This document shows positions 1 through 7,791 of a stretch of 64,000 nucleotides of DNA, piece by piece; the first letter of the stretch is position 1; the number at the start of each line of letters is the position of its first letter. The stretch is from Bacillota bacterium. GTDB lineage: Bacteria > Bacillota > Clostridia > Christensenellales > UMGS416. The stretch covers positions 139,102 to 203,101 of the forward strand of contig JAEWRW010000028.1 of assembly GCA_023398815.1 (NCBI GenBank), given 5' to 3'. Below the pieces are notes generated by a model, which was given only the letters and a program-made list of their open reading frames with translations, ran no database searches and had not been told where the DNA came from. A program made the position numbers and the translations under genes.

Positions 1-1046
1 GGCGCACGGGTCAGCAAGTCCATGGGGGGCACCCGGTATACCGGCGGCGCGGGATCCGCCGGCGGCTCGTGGGCAGCGGGTGCGGCGGCGACAGGGGCGG
101 ACGCTTCGGCGTGCGCAGGCGCGGCAGCCACCGGCATGGGAATGCTGCTGGGCGGCAGGTCATCGTCAGGCACCACCAGCTCAATGGAAAACGGGAGTTC
201 CCCGTCATCGGGCTCTGGCACCGGGTCTGGCTCGGGTGACCGCTGCAGAGTCTTCAGTTCGTCCAGCGGGTCGAAGAGATCGAAACCCAGAATGGGACGA
301 GCGTCCTCCTTCTCGTCGTGCGGCAGCGTTTCAAACTCCGTGGTGTTGAGGAGCGCGAGATCGGGTTTTTGGCGGTTCTCTTCGAGCTCGTACCCATCCA
401 GCCGGCCGATGAACAGCCGCTGTTGGCTCTGCTGGCTCCGGCGCTCCTGCCGCTCCTGCTGGCGGGCCACCACGGTGTCGGAGAACTCCTTCACATTGGT
501 GCCCAGCGACCGCAGCGACAGGCCGGTGTTTAGGAGCAGAATGGCCACCATGACGCAAGCCGTCACCAGAATGGTGCCGATTTTGCCCAAATACAGATGG
601 ATGGGATAGACGATGGCGCCACCCAGCACCCCGCCGCCTAGCAGCGATTTGCGGCCCCATTCAAAGGAGGAATTGGTAAAATCAATGAAGCTGGAGAGAC
701 TCATCTTCTCCAGATAGAACACATGATAAAGCGCGATGCCGCACAGGACAAACGTGCCCCAGATGAGGATCGCCCACCAATCGAAAGAATCCAACCCCTT
801 GAAAATAACGAAAATGCCCAAGCCCAAGAAGAGAACGGGCATGGCATAGGCCAACACGCCCATGAGACCAAAGAGAAAGAGCTTGACAAACTGGCCGGCA
901 CTGCCCACCGAGTCAGTGAAGATGGCGAACGCCAGAAACACGCCCAACGCCAAAAACAGCAACGCCGCAATCTCTACCCCGTTGCTGTTCTTCCGCCGGG
1001 CGGACTTCTTCCGTTTTTGTTTCTGCTTCGCCTTTGCCGCCGCCAT
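1..1046 (-). CDS. ftsK: DNA translocase FtsK/SpoIIIE, N-terminal membrane and linker part (gene body continues beyond window start)
   Basis: Absent from the ORF track because it has no in-window stop. My own minus-strand translation from the ATG at 1046-1044 stays open to position 1: MAAAKAKQKQKRKKSARRKNSNGVEIAALLFLALGVFLAF... It shows about four hydrophobic helices, a Q/E/P-rich linker and ...PVYRVPPMDLLTRA, the Y-x-x-PP-x-x-LL segment that usually precedes the FtsK motor domain. Confidence 0.75.
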   Translation of the reverse strand, partial: MAAAKAKQKQKRKKSARRKNSNGVEIAALLFLALGVFLAFAIFTDSVGSAGQFVKLFLFGLMGVLAYAMPVLFLGLGIFVIFKGLDSFDWWAILIWGTFVLCGIALYHVFYLEKMSLSSFIDFTNSSFEWGRKSLLGGGVLGGAIVYPIHLYLGKIGTILVTACVMVAILLLNTGLSLRSLGTNVKEFSDTVVARQQERQERRSQQSQQRLFIGRLDGYELEENRQKPDLALLNTTEFETLPHDEKEDARPILGFDLFDPLDELKTLQRSPEPDPVPEPDDGELPFSIELVVPDDDLPPSSIPMPVAAAPAHAEASAPVAAAPAAHEPPADPAPPVYRVPPMDLLTRA

Positions 1047-1115
1047 GCTGCCCTACTCTCCAAATGCAGTATACATACTCTTCCAAGTATACCACATCTG
1101 TCGTCGATGCACAAA

Positions 1116-2087
1116 TCAACCGGTGGGCAAATCGGTGCCGTCCACAATGCGGACCAGCAATTGTTCAATGCCGCCAATGCTGTTCACGGCATTGAGTGCG
1201 CCACGCCAACGGGCGGCCTGCGGGATGCCATGGATGTACCAGGAGAGGTGCTTGCGCATCTCCTGCACGGCAATGCGCTCCCCCTTCTGCCCCAGCAGAG
1301 CCTGCGCGTGGGTCAGCGCGGTTTGCGCCACCTCAGCCAGTGTGGGCGGCACAAAGGAGCGACCATCGGCAAGGGCTGCGATTTCGGCGAAGATCCAGGG
1401 GTTCCCCTGGGCCCCACGGGCCACCATGACGGCGTCGCAGCCGGTATGACCCAGCATGGCCATGGCATCCGCGCCCGAAAACACATCGCCGCTGCCGATA
1501 ACCGGGATGGCGACCTTGCGCTTGACGGCGGCAATGATGTCCCAGTCCGCCTTCCCCGCGTAGAACTGGTCACGGGTGCGTCCATGAACGGCCACGGCGG
1601 CAGCGCCGCTCTGCTCCATGCGCTGAGCAAACTCCACCGCGTTGATGTCGGACGCGTCCCAACCTTTGCGAAACTTCACGGTAACCGGTTGGGACAGGCG
1701 ATCGCTCATCACCCGCACGATGCGCTCGGCCAGTTCCGGTTGGGTCATGAGGGCACTCCCCTGCCCGTTCTTCACAACCTTTGGCACAGGGCACCCCATG
1801 TTGATGTCCACGATGTCATGCCCCTGGCAGTGCTGCAGGGCCATCTCCGCCATGAGCTCGGGCTCGCTGCCAAAGAGCTGCGCGGCGCTGGGGCGCGGGC
1901 CGCCTTCGTTGGTCAGCAGCTCCGCCGAATGCTCGGGCGAATACAGCAGACCCTTGGCGCTGACCATCTCGGTGTAGGTGAGCGCCGCACCTTGGGCCGC
2001 ACACAGCACGCGAAAAGGCAGGTCAGACACCCCGGCCATGGGCGCCAGGAACGCCCTGCCGCCGATGGAAACCGAACCGATGTTCAT
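1116..2087 (-). CDS. dusB: tRNA-dihydrouridine synthase (Dus family)
   Basis: ORF 1116..2087, 323 aa. Dus TIM-barrel motifs are present: LAPMAGVSDLPFR, DINMGCPVPKV, VTVKFRKGWD, AVHGRTRDQ, DAVMVARGAQGNPWIF. The start lies 1 nt after the stop of the upstream gene. Confidence 0.9.
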   Translation of the reverse strand: MNIGSVSIGGRAFLAPMAGVSDLPFRVLCAAQGAALTYTEMVSAKGLLYSPEHSAELLTNEGGPRPSAAQLFGSEPELMAEMALQHCQGHDIVDINMGCPVPKVVKNGQGSALMTQPELAERIVRVMSDRLSQPVTVKFRKGWDASDINAVEFAQRMEQSGAAAVAVHGRTRDQFYAGKADWDIIAAVKRKVAIPVIGSGDVFSGADAMAMLGHTGCDAVMVARGAQGNPWIFAEIAALADGRSFVPPTLAEVAQTALTHAQALLGQKGERIAVQEMRKHLSWYIHGIPQAARWRGALNAVNSIGGIEQLLVRIVDGTDLPTG

Positions 2088-2088
2088 G

Positions 2089-2709
2089 TCAGTCCTTCTT
2101 GGTAGCGGAGGGTGTGGCTGTTACCGTGGCCGTTGGAGTGGCGGTCGGCACCGGCGATGCGGTGATGAACTCCGACGGTTCAGGCGTTGGGGTGGCCTCG
2201 GGCGGCAGAGTCTCCACCTTCTTCACACCCACAATGTGCCACGCATCGTCATTCTTTTTGAGGTTCACCGTGTAACGCGCCCGGGGCCAGGTTGGCGGCT
2301 CCATCGCATCCATCTCTTCCTCGGTCAAATCCGCACTCACGTCATAATCAATCTCGGGCACAGACTCCACCACGGTGACGGTGGCGGTGTTCTTCCAGGG
2401 CTGACACCACAAAGACTCCACACCGATGTTGTAATCGATGTTCGTGATGGTATATTCGTCGCTCTCCACCGGCACCAAGTCGGCGGTAATGCTATCCAAA
2501 TAGGTCTGTCCAAAGTATTTATTAAGATCGGTGTCGGTCTCCTGCAACAGGACCCGGTCGGCCTTGGCCTTCATGCCGTCGGTGACGATAATATAGACGT
2601 TGGCAGAGTCCATCGCCACAAAAAACACCACGGCCAGAATGGCAAACGCCGAAAGGACAACGAGAGCAACCCTCGCCGTGTACCAGATCATTCGCAACGC
2701 TACTTTCAT
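2089..2709 (-). CDS. membrane-anchored protein of unknown function with T/P-rich C-terminal tail
   Basis: ORF 2089..2727. The likely start is [31 protein letters not shown] (one N-terminal TM helix). The tail reads [26 protein letters not shown]. No family recognised; start 2709 versus 2727 is uncertain. Confidence 0.55.
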   Translation of the reverse strand: MKVALRMIWYTARVALVVLSAFAILAVVFFVAMDSANVYIIVTDGMKAKADRVLLQETDTDLNKYFGQTYLDSITADLVPVESDEYTITNIDYNIGVESLWCQPWKNTATVTVVESVPEIDYDVSADLTEEEMDAMEPPTWPRARYTVNLKKNDDAWHIVGVKKVETLPPEATPTPEPSEFITASPVPTATPTATVTATPSATKKD

Positions 2710-2851
2710 CTCATCACCATGCCCCATGTTGGATTCAATGCAACAGTATACACCATCTTGGACGCAAAATCAGCCTGTCGGTTCCCGATTGGCAGTGGTG
2801 TCCTTGCCGTGGTACAGTGATGGAACATACGACTACAGGAGGTTCGTGCCC

Positions 2852-3876
2852 ATGCAGGCGGTGGAATGGCAGGAAGGCGCATTGATTTTGTTGGATCAAA
2901 GGCTGCTTCCGGGGCAGATTGTTTACCGGGAGTGCCGCACGGCACAGGAGACGGCGGACGCCATCGCCGCCATGGTGGTGCGCGGCGCGCCGGCCATTGG
3001 CGTGGCTGCGGCTTTCGGCGTGGTGCTGGCAGCGGCCGAGTGTGCCCGCGACAGGTTGAACGGTGAAGCCTTTGCAGAGCGTTGTGCGGTCATCCGCGGT
3101 GCGCGGCCCACGGCCGTCAACCTCATGTGGGCGGTGGACCGCATGAGGGCTGTGGCAGACCGGCACACGCACGACGTGGCGCTGGTTGCGCGGCTGGAGC
3201 AGGAAGCGCTGGCCATCCAGCGGGAAGATGTGGAGAGTTGCCGTGCAATTGGGCGGCATGGGAACGCGTTGATTGCGCCCGGTGACGGCATTCTGACCCA
3301 CTGCAACGCAGGGGCACTGGCAACGGCGGGGTACGGCACAGCGCTGGGCGTGGTTCGCGCCGCCTGGGAAGCCGGCAAGAGCATCCACGTCTATGCCGAT
3401 GAGACCCGACCCTACCTGCAGGGCGCGCGGCTCACTGCCACCGAGCTCCACGAAGACGGTATCCCGGTGACGCTACTGTGCGACAACATGGCCGGATGGC
3501 TTATGAAAACCGGCAGCGTGCAAAAAGTGATCGTCGGAGCCGACCGCATTGCCGCCAACGGCGACACGGCCAACAAAGTAGGCACCTACTCACTGGGTAT
3601 TCTGGCAAAACCCACGGCATTCCGCTGCTGGTGGCCGCGCCACTCTCCACGGTGGATTTTTCGCTGCCCAATGGTGAGGATATCCCCATTGAGAATCGCC
3701 CGGCCGACGAGGTGTTCCACGCCATGGGTGTGCGCACCGCACCGGAGGGCATCGCTGCCTACAACCCCGCCTTTGATGTGCTGCCAGCCAGCCTCATCCA
3801 CGCCATTGTGACCGAACGTGGTGTGGCCTTCCCGCCCTTCGCCGATAGCATGGCCGCGCTGCAAAACCATCGTTGA
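2852..3876 (+). pseudogene. mtnA: S-methyl-5-thioribose-1-phosphate isomerase (MtnA / eIF-2B-like), interrupted by a 1-nt frameshift near 3607-3613
   Basis: AGGAGG lies at 2836-2841 and the ATG at 2852: [20 protein letters not shown]...VRGAPAIGV...[10 protein letters not shown]...[15 protein letters not shown]...[25 protein letters not shown]. The reading frame then breaks. The family-typical continuation [30 protein letters not shown]...[22 protein letters not shown] is in the -1 shifted frame (ORF 3478..3876). The joined length is 342 codons including the stop, as expected for MtnA. Confidence 0.8.
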
Positions 3877-3999
3877 TGCATAAGATCGCCTTCTGCTGGA
3901 AAAAGTGTTATTGCATTGGCACCGCCAAACAGAATTTCCCAATCATATTGGCCAGCCAATGGGAAAAAATACGCTCAGAAGGAGGCGAAAAAACGAATT

Positions 4000-4248
4000 A
4001 TGAGCAAGAAGATCCTGATTGTCGTCGCAGTGGTGATGCTGGTGGTGATGTCCTTCGCCGCGTGCCGGCCCAACACCACCACGCCAACCCCCGCTACGAC
4101 CCTGGAAATTACCCTCAGGCCGACCGCGTCGCCCTCACCGGTAGTCTCTCCCTCGTTGAGTCCTGCAGCTACGGTGTCAACGGCAGCGTCAGCCTCTCCG
4201 GCCGGGTCAGCCGCAGCGTCGCCGGGAGCTACCTCGACTACCAAGTAA
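4000..4248 (+). CDS. small S/T/P/A-rich putative lipoprotein
   Basis: This is the inner start of ORF 3916..4248. GAAGGAGG lies at 3978-3985. MSKKILIVVAVVMLVVMSFAAC is a signal peptide with a lipobox-like SFAAC; the remainder is low-complexity T/P/S/A. A hairpin terminator follows. Confidence 0.5.
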   Translation: MSKKILIVVAVVMLVVMSFAACRPNTTTPTPATTLEITLRPTASPSPVVSPSLSPAATVSTAASASPAGSAAASPGATSTTK

Positions 4249-4269
4249 ACAGCAGTCGTTACCGACAGA

Positions 4270-4302
4270 GAAAGACGGTCCATAGAACCGCCTTTCTTTT
4301 TG
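4270..4302. terminator. hairpin terminator between convergent lipoprotein gene and aspS
   Basis: GAAAGACGG-N9-CCGCCTTTC (8 of 9 pairs), followed by TTTTTGTGTTG on the plus strand and TTTCTCTGT on the minus strand. Confidence 0.55.
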
Positions 4303-4319
4303 TGTTGTGTTGATGTTTG

Positions 4320-6104
4320 TCACTCCTGAGGCAAATCGACGCGAATGGAGAGTTCGCGCAGCTGTTTTTCATCCACGGTGTAGGGCGCGTCGGTCATGAG
4401 GCAGGCCGAACTCTGCACTTTCGGGAAGGCGATGACGTCACGGATGCTGTCCACCCCGGCCAGGGTCATGGTCACACGGTCCAGGCCAAAGGCCAGGCCG
4501 CCATGGGGCGGTGCGCCGTATTTGAAGGCGCTGAGCAGGAACCCAAACTTGGCCTGTGCTTCCTCGGGGGTGTAGTTGAGGGCCTTGAAGATGCGCTCCT
4601 GCAGAGCGCGGTCATGAATGCGGATGCTGCCACCGCCGATCTCGTCACCGTTGCACACCATGTCATAGGCCTTGGCACGCACCGCGGCAAGGTTCGTCTC
4701 CAGCAGGGGCAGGTCTTCATCCATGGGGCTGGTGAATGGATGGTGCTTGGCCACAAAGCAGCCATTTTCCTCATCCACCTCCACAAGCGGGAACTCAGTG
4801 ACCCACAGGAGATTGAACGCCTTGGGGTCGATGAGGTTGAGGCGACGGGCAAGCTCCAACCGCAGCTGACCAAGGGCCGTGTAGGTCACATCGGCCTTGT
4901 CTGCCACGATGAACACGGCGTCGCCCGTCTCCATACCGCAGCGCGCGACGATGGCCTGTTGCTCCTCGGGGGTCAGGAACTTGGCAACCGAGGAGCGGAC
5001 ACCGGCCTCCTCCAGGAAGAACCAGACGAGCCCCTTGGCCTTGTAGGTCTTGACGTGCTCGGTCAGCGCGTCAATCTCCTTTCGGGTGAAGCCACCTGCC
5101 GCCCCCTTGGCGTTGACGGCACAGACCTTGCCGCCGCTCGCCAGCGTATCGGCGAATACCTTGAAGGCTGAGGTGGCCACCGCCTCGCCAATGTCGATGA
5201 TCTTCATGTCAAAGCGGGTGTCCGGCTTGTCGGATCCGTAGGCCTCCATCGCCTCCTGGTAGGTCAAGCGCGGCAGAGGCGTTGGCACCTCATACCCCAC
5301 CGCCTGCCGGAACACGTGGGAAATGAGCCCTTCCATGGTGGCAATGACGTCCTCCTGATCGACAAAGGACATCTCCATATCCACCTGCTGAAACTCCGGC
5401 TGGCGGTTGGCACGCAGGTCCTCATCGCGGAAACACTTAACGATCTGGTAATAGCGGTCAAAGCCGGAGACCATGAGAAGCTGCTTGAAAAGCTGGGGCG
5501 ACTGCGGCAGGGCGAAGAACTTACCCGGCATGACGCGGCTGGGCACCAGGTACTCCCGCGCGCCTTCCGGCGTGCTGCGGGTCAGCATAGGCGTCTCCAG
5601 GTCAATGAAGCCGTTGCCATCCAGAAACTCCCGGAAGGCGTGTGTGATGGTATTCTTCAACAGGATGGGACGCTGCACACTTTCCCGCCGCAGGTCAAGG
5701 TACCGGTGCTTCAGGCGCAGCTGCTCCGAGACACTGTCGCTGTCCAGGCTGAAGGGCGGCGTCTCAGAGACGTTGAGGATTTTGAGCTCGTTCACGGCAA
5801 CCTCAATGGCGCCGGTTTTCATGTCGGTGTTGACGTTGCGCTCATCGCGGGCGACGACCGTACCCCGCAGGGCCACGACGTACTCGCTGCGCAGGGTAGC
5901 GGCTTGGTCAAAGAGCTCGCTGTTGATGGATTGGTCAAAGACGGCCTGCACCTGGCCGGTGCGATCCCGGAGCGAAATGAAGATGAGACTGCCCAGGTCG
6001 CGGCGGCGGTGCACCCAGCCCATCAGCGTCACGCTCTGACCAACACTTGCAAGAGAAAGCTCCGCGCAATAGCCGGAGCGTTTCCAGTTCCCAATCGTTT
6101 CCAT
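4320..6104 (-). CDS. aspS: aspartate--tRNA ligase
   Basis: ORF 4320..6347. The plausible start is METIGNWKRSGYCAELS at 6104, giving 594 aa. The longer ORF overlaps hisS. Class II motifs: FYALPQSPQLFKQLLM-like (FFALPQSPQLFKQLLMVSGFDRYYQIVKCFRDEDLRANRQPEFQQVDMEMSF) and GGGSIRIH...PPHGGLAFGLDR. Confidence 0.93.
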   Translation of the reverse strand: METIGNWKRSGYCAELSLASVGQSVTLMGWVHRRRDLGSLIFISLRDRTGQVQAVFDQSINSELFDQAATLRSEYVVALRGTVVARDERNVNTDMKTGAIEVAVNELKILNVSETPPFSLDSDSVSEQLRLKHRYLDLRRESVQRPILLKNTITHAFREFLDGNGFIDLETPMLTRSTPEGAREYLVPSRVMPGKFFALPQSPQLFKQLLMVSGFDRYYQIVKCFRDEDLRANRQPEFQQVDMEMSFVDQEDVIATMEGLISHVFRQAVGYEVPTPLPRLTYQEAMEAYGSDKPDTRFDMKIIDIGEAVATSAFKVFADTLASGGKVCAVNAKGAAGGFTRKEIDALTEHVKTYKAKGLVWFFLEEAGVRSSVAKFLTPEEQQAIVARCGMETGDAVFIVADKADVTYTALGQLRLELARRLNLIDPKAFNLLWVTEFPLVEVDEENGCFVAKHHPFTSPMDEDLPLLETNLAAVRAKAYDMVCNGDEIGGGSIRIHDRALQERIFKALNYTPEEAQAKFGFLLSAFKYGAPPHGGLAFGLDRVTMTLAGVDSIRDVIAFPKVQSSACLMTDAPYTVDEKQLRELSIRVDLPQE

Positions 6105-6112
6105 ATCGAACT

Positions 6113-7375
6113 TCACCCAATTCCTTTCCATTGAGTCAACAGGGATGCGCGCTCGACGGTGCGCTCCTCGCCGGTCGTCATGTCCTTGAGCTTCCACTGG
6201 CCGGTGGCCAGCTCTTGCTCCCCCACGACGACGACCTGGGGGCAACCCAGCTTGCCGGCGTACTTGAATTGCGCCTTCAGGCTGCGACCCATGTGGTCGC
6301 ACTCGGCAGCCACGCCGTTCTGACGTAGTTCCATGGCCAGCTTCCAAGCCGCCAGGCGGGCTTCGTCGCCCATGGCAGCGATGAAAACTGGCCTTGTATC
6401 AAGGTCGGGTGGTAGTTTCCCCTGTGCTTCCAGCACCATCAGCAGCCGCTCCATCCCCATGCCGAAGCCGATGCCCGGCGTCTTCGGGCCGCCGACTTCC
6501 TCAATGAGGCCGTCGTACCGGCCGCCGCCGCACAGCGTGCTCTGCGCGCCCAGGTCGGCGGAGATGATCTCAAACACGGTCTTGGTGTAATAATCCAGCC
6601 CGCGCACGATGAAGGGATTGACGATGTAGTCGACCCCAGCGTCGGTCAGGCAGGTTTTGAGCGTATCAAAGTGATCGTGGCACTCGTCGCAAAGGTGGTC
6701 AATGCTCTTGGGCGCGTCCTTTGCGATGGCGCGGCACCCCTCCTCCTTGCAGTCCAGCACACGAAGGGGGTTGCGCTCAATGCGCTCCGCACAGGTATGG
6801 CAGAGTCCGTCCTTCTTATCTAGCAGGTAGGCAAGGAGTTCCTCGTGGTATTTCGGCCGGCAGATTGGGCACCCAATGTTGTTCAGGTTGACGGTCAGGT
6901 TGGCCAGCCCCAGCTTCTGCAGGATGGTGCATGCCAGCAAGATGACTTCGGCATCCAGCGTTGCCTGCTGCGCGCCAAAGGCTTCTACCCCAAATTGATG
7001 ATGCTCCCGCAGACGCCCGGCCTGGGGCCTCTCGTAGCGGAAGGTGGGGTTGTACAAATAATAGCACTTCAAAGGTAGCGGCTCGTTGTACAGGCTGTGC
7101 TCCACAAAGGCGCGGGCGACACCAGCGGTGCCCTCGGGCTTCAGCGTGATGCTGCGGCCACCCTTGTCCTCAAAGGTGTACATCTCCTTCTGCACGATGT
7201 CGGTGGTGTTGCCCACGCTGCGCAGGAAGAGCTCCGTATGCTCAAAGGTGGGGATGCGGATCTCGCGGTACCCGAAGGCCGCACAGGCCTCCCGGATGAC
7301 GCGTTCCATATACTGCCATTTGGCACTTTCGCCCGGCAGAATGTCCTTGGTTCCCTTTGGCGCGGTCGTCAGCAT
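6113..7375 (-). CDS. hisS: histidine--tRNA ligase
   Basis: ORF 6113..7411. The start is chosen at 7375 (MLTTAPKGTKDILPGE), with GGAGGA 6 nt upstream. The 12 extra ORF codons would overlap the -10 box. HisRS motifs: YYLYNPTFRYERPQAGRLREHHQFGVE and GGGRYDGL. Confidence 0.93.
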   Translation of the reverse strand: MLTTAPKGTKDILPGESAKWQYMERVIREACAAFGYREIRIPTFEHTELFLRSVGNTTDIVQKEMYTFEDKGGRSITLKPEGTAGVARAFVEHSLYNEPLPLKCYYLYNPTFRYERPQAGRLREHHQFGVEAFGAQQATLDAEVILLACTILQKLGLANLTVNLNNIGCPICRPKYHEELLAYLLDKKDGLCHTCAERIERNPLRVLDCKEEGCRAIAKDAPKSIDHLCDECHDHFDTLKTCLTDAGVDYIVNPFIVRGLDYYTKTVFEIISADLGAQSTLCGGGRYDGLIEEVGGPKTPGIGFGMGMERLLMVLEAQGKLPPDLDTRPVFIAAMGDEARLAAWKLAMELRQNGVAAECDHMGRSLKAQFKYAGKLGCPQVVVVGEQELATGQWKLKDMTTGEERTVERASLLTQWKGIG

Positions 7376-7402
7376 GTGCGTTCCTCCGTCAATCGTCCCA
7401 TT

Positions 7403-7431
7403 ATTATACAAGCCGGCCGTGGGGAAGTCAA
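7403..7431 (-). promoter_or_regulatory. sigma-A type promoter of hisS-aspS (TTGACT-17-TATAAT)
   Basis: Minus strand reads TTGACT (7431-7426), a 17-nt spacer and TATAAT (7408-7403). The -10 box is about 27 nt upstream of the hisS ATG and immediately downstream of a U-tailed hairpin. Confidence 0.7.
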
Positions 7432-7443
7432 CGAACGGCGGCC

Positions 7444-7477
7444 ATAGAAAAGGGCGGCCACACCCCTGTGACCGCCC
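7444..7477 (-). terminator. intrinsic terminator hairpin (copy 1 of an identical 28-nt repeat)
   Basis: Minus strand reads GGGCGGTCAC-AGGGGT-GTGGCCGCCC (10-bp stem with one G-U pair), followed by TTTTCTAT. The 28-mer AAGGGCGGCCACACCCCTGTGACCGCCC (plus strand, 7450-7477) recurs identically at 7750-7777. Confidence 0.7.
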
Positions 7478-7749
7478 TCAGGCTGTCGACAAAGTCGACA
7501 GCCTTTCGCGTCTGCCGCTGTGGCGACAGCCGCGATACAAACTGCTTGTTCTCGTTATGGCCAGATCGGTCGCCGCACATGTCGCCGCCCGATCACAAAT
7601 TGCAGCTTTCATGCGGGTTTCTAAGGATACGTTGCGCCTTCGGGCGGAGTTTTTCCTTCTGCTCGCGCTGACCCCGACTTTCCTGCCGCCGAATGAATCG
7701 GCGGCAGGTTCATCTCCCTTTGCCTGTTCTAGGGGGTTATAGACACTCT
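7478..7749 (-). other. unassigned ORF-less, hairpin-dense non-coding segment (candidate sRNA or structured 3' UTR)
   Basis: No ORF of 60 aa or more on the minus strand. Perfect hairpins: CCTGCCGCCGA-TTCAT-TCGGCGGCAGG (7682-7708) and GGCTGTCGAC-TTT-GTCGACAGCC (7481-7503); GATCGG...CCGATC also encloses a GTCGCCGC direct repeat. The segment is bounded by the two identical hairpins. I could not match it to any RNA family by eye. Confidence 0.3.
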
Positions 7750-7777
7750 AAGGGCGGCCACACCCCTGTGACCGCCC
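7750..7777 (-). terminator. hairpin (copy 2 of the identical 28-nt repeat) just downstream of the TIM-barrel gene stop; weak U-tract
   Basis: Same 28-mer as 7450-7477, located 15 nt after the stop at 7792. On the minus strand it is followed by TTAGAGTG (no real U-run), so termination may be partial. Confidence 0.45.
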
Positions 7778-7791
7778 CCACATTTTCTTGC

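Noticed and set aside
22-609. Plus-strand 195-aa ORF (and 80..349, 318..533) at the window start.
   Set aside because: These are G/S/A-rich low-complexity translations. The opposite strand encodes a continuous FtsK N-terminus with TM helices and the YRVPP..LL motif, which explains the region.
2728-2851. SAM (S-box) or other riboswitch upstream of mtnA.
   Set aside because: The 124-nt divergent intergenic region has none of the S-box conserved blocks and no terminator or antiterminator pair. It is probably just two back-to-back promoters.
6105-6347. Long N-terminal extensions of aspS (to 6347) and hisS (to 7411), and similar extensions of pheS, xylB, E1, the PfkB kinase, GH32, GH30, the DMT transporter, AraC and others in the ORF track.
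   Set aside because: The extensions overlap upstream genes, promoters or riboswitches and have arginine/proline-rich composition. In every case an internal start with a good RBS reproduces the canonical family N-terminus and the typical protein length.
7478-7720. Small proteins in the orphan segment: MNLPPIHSAAGKSGSARAEGKTPPEGATYP (30 aa) and MKAAICDRAATCAATDLAITRTSSLYRGCRHSGRRERLSTLSTA (44 aa).
   Set aside because: Neither has a usable Shine-Dalgarno sequence: GGGAG abuts the first ATG with zero spacing, and there is none before the second. The compositions look like translated GC-rich hairpins, and the frames run through perfect stem-loops.
7478-7749. Identity of the orphan segment as RNase P RNA, SRP RNA, 6S RNA or tmRNA. 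AGGAAAGTCGGGG resembles the RNase P GGAAAGUCC box, and GTCAGCGCGAGCAGAAGGAAAAAC vaguely resembles SRP domain IV.
   Set aside because: Only these short partial matches are present. The segment is too short for RNase P or tmRNA, it lacks the other conserved regions (ACAGAA..GGCUUA; GGAA tetraloop with AGCA symmetric loop; tRNA-like ends), and I could not draw the long closing helix expected for 6S. It is left unassigned rather than named.
7450-7777. The two identical 28-nt palindromic repeats as a CRISPR array.
   Set aside because: There are only two copies, the spacer is 272 nt (far above CRISPR spacer size), no cas genes are in the window, and each copy sits where a terminator is expected.
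7432-7791. T-box riboswitch upstream of hisS-aspS, expected from Bacillus precedent.
   Set aside because: There is no GGGTGGTACCGCG-like T-box sequence, no convincing stem I/specifier architecture and no His codon in a specifier-like loop. In addition, a TTGACT-17-TATAAT promoter lies downstream of the hairpin, so the hairpin is not in the hisS leader.
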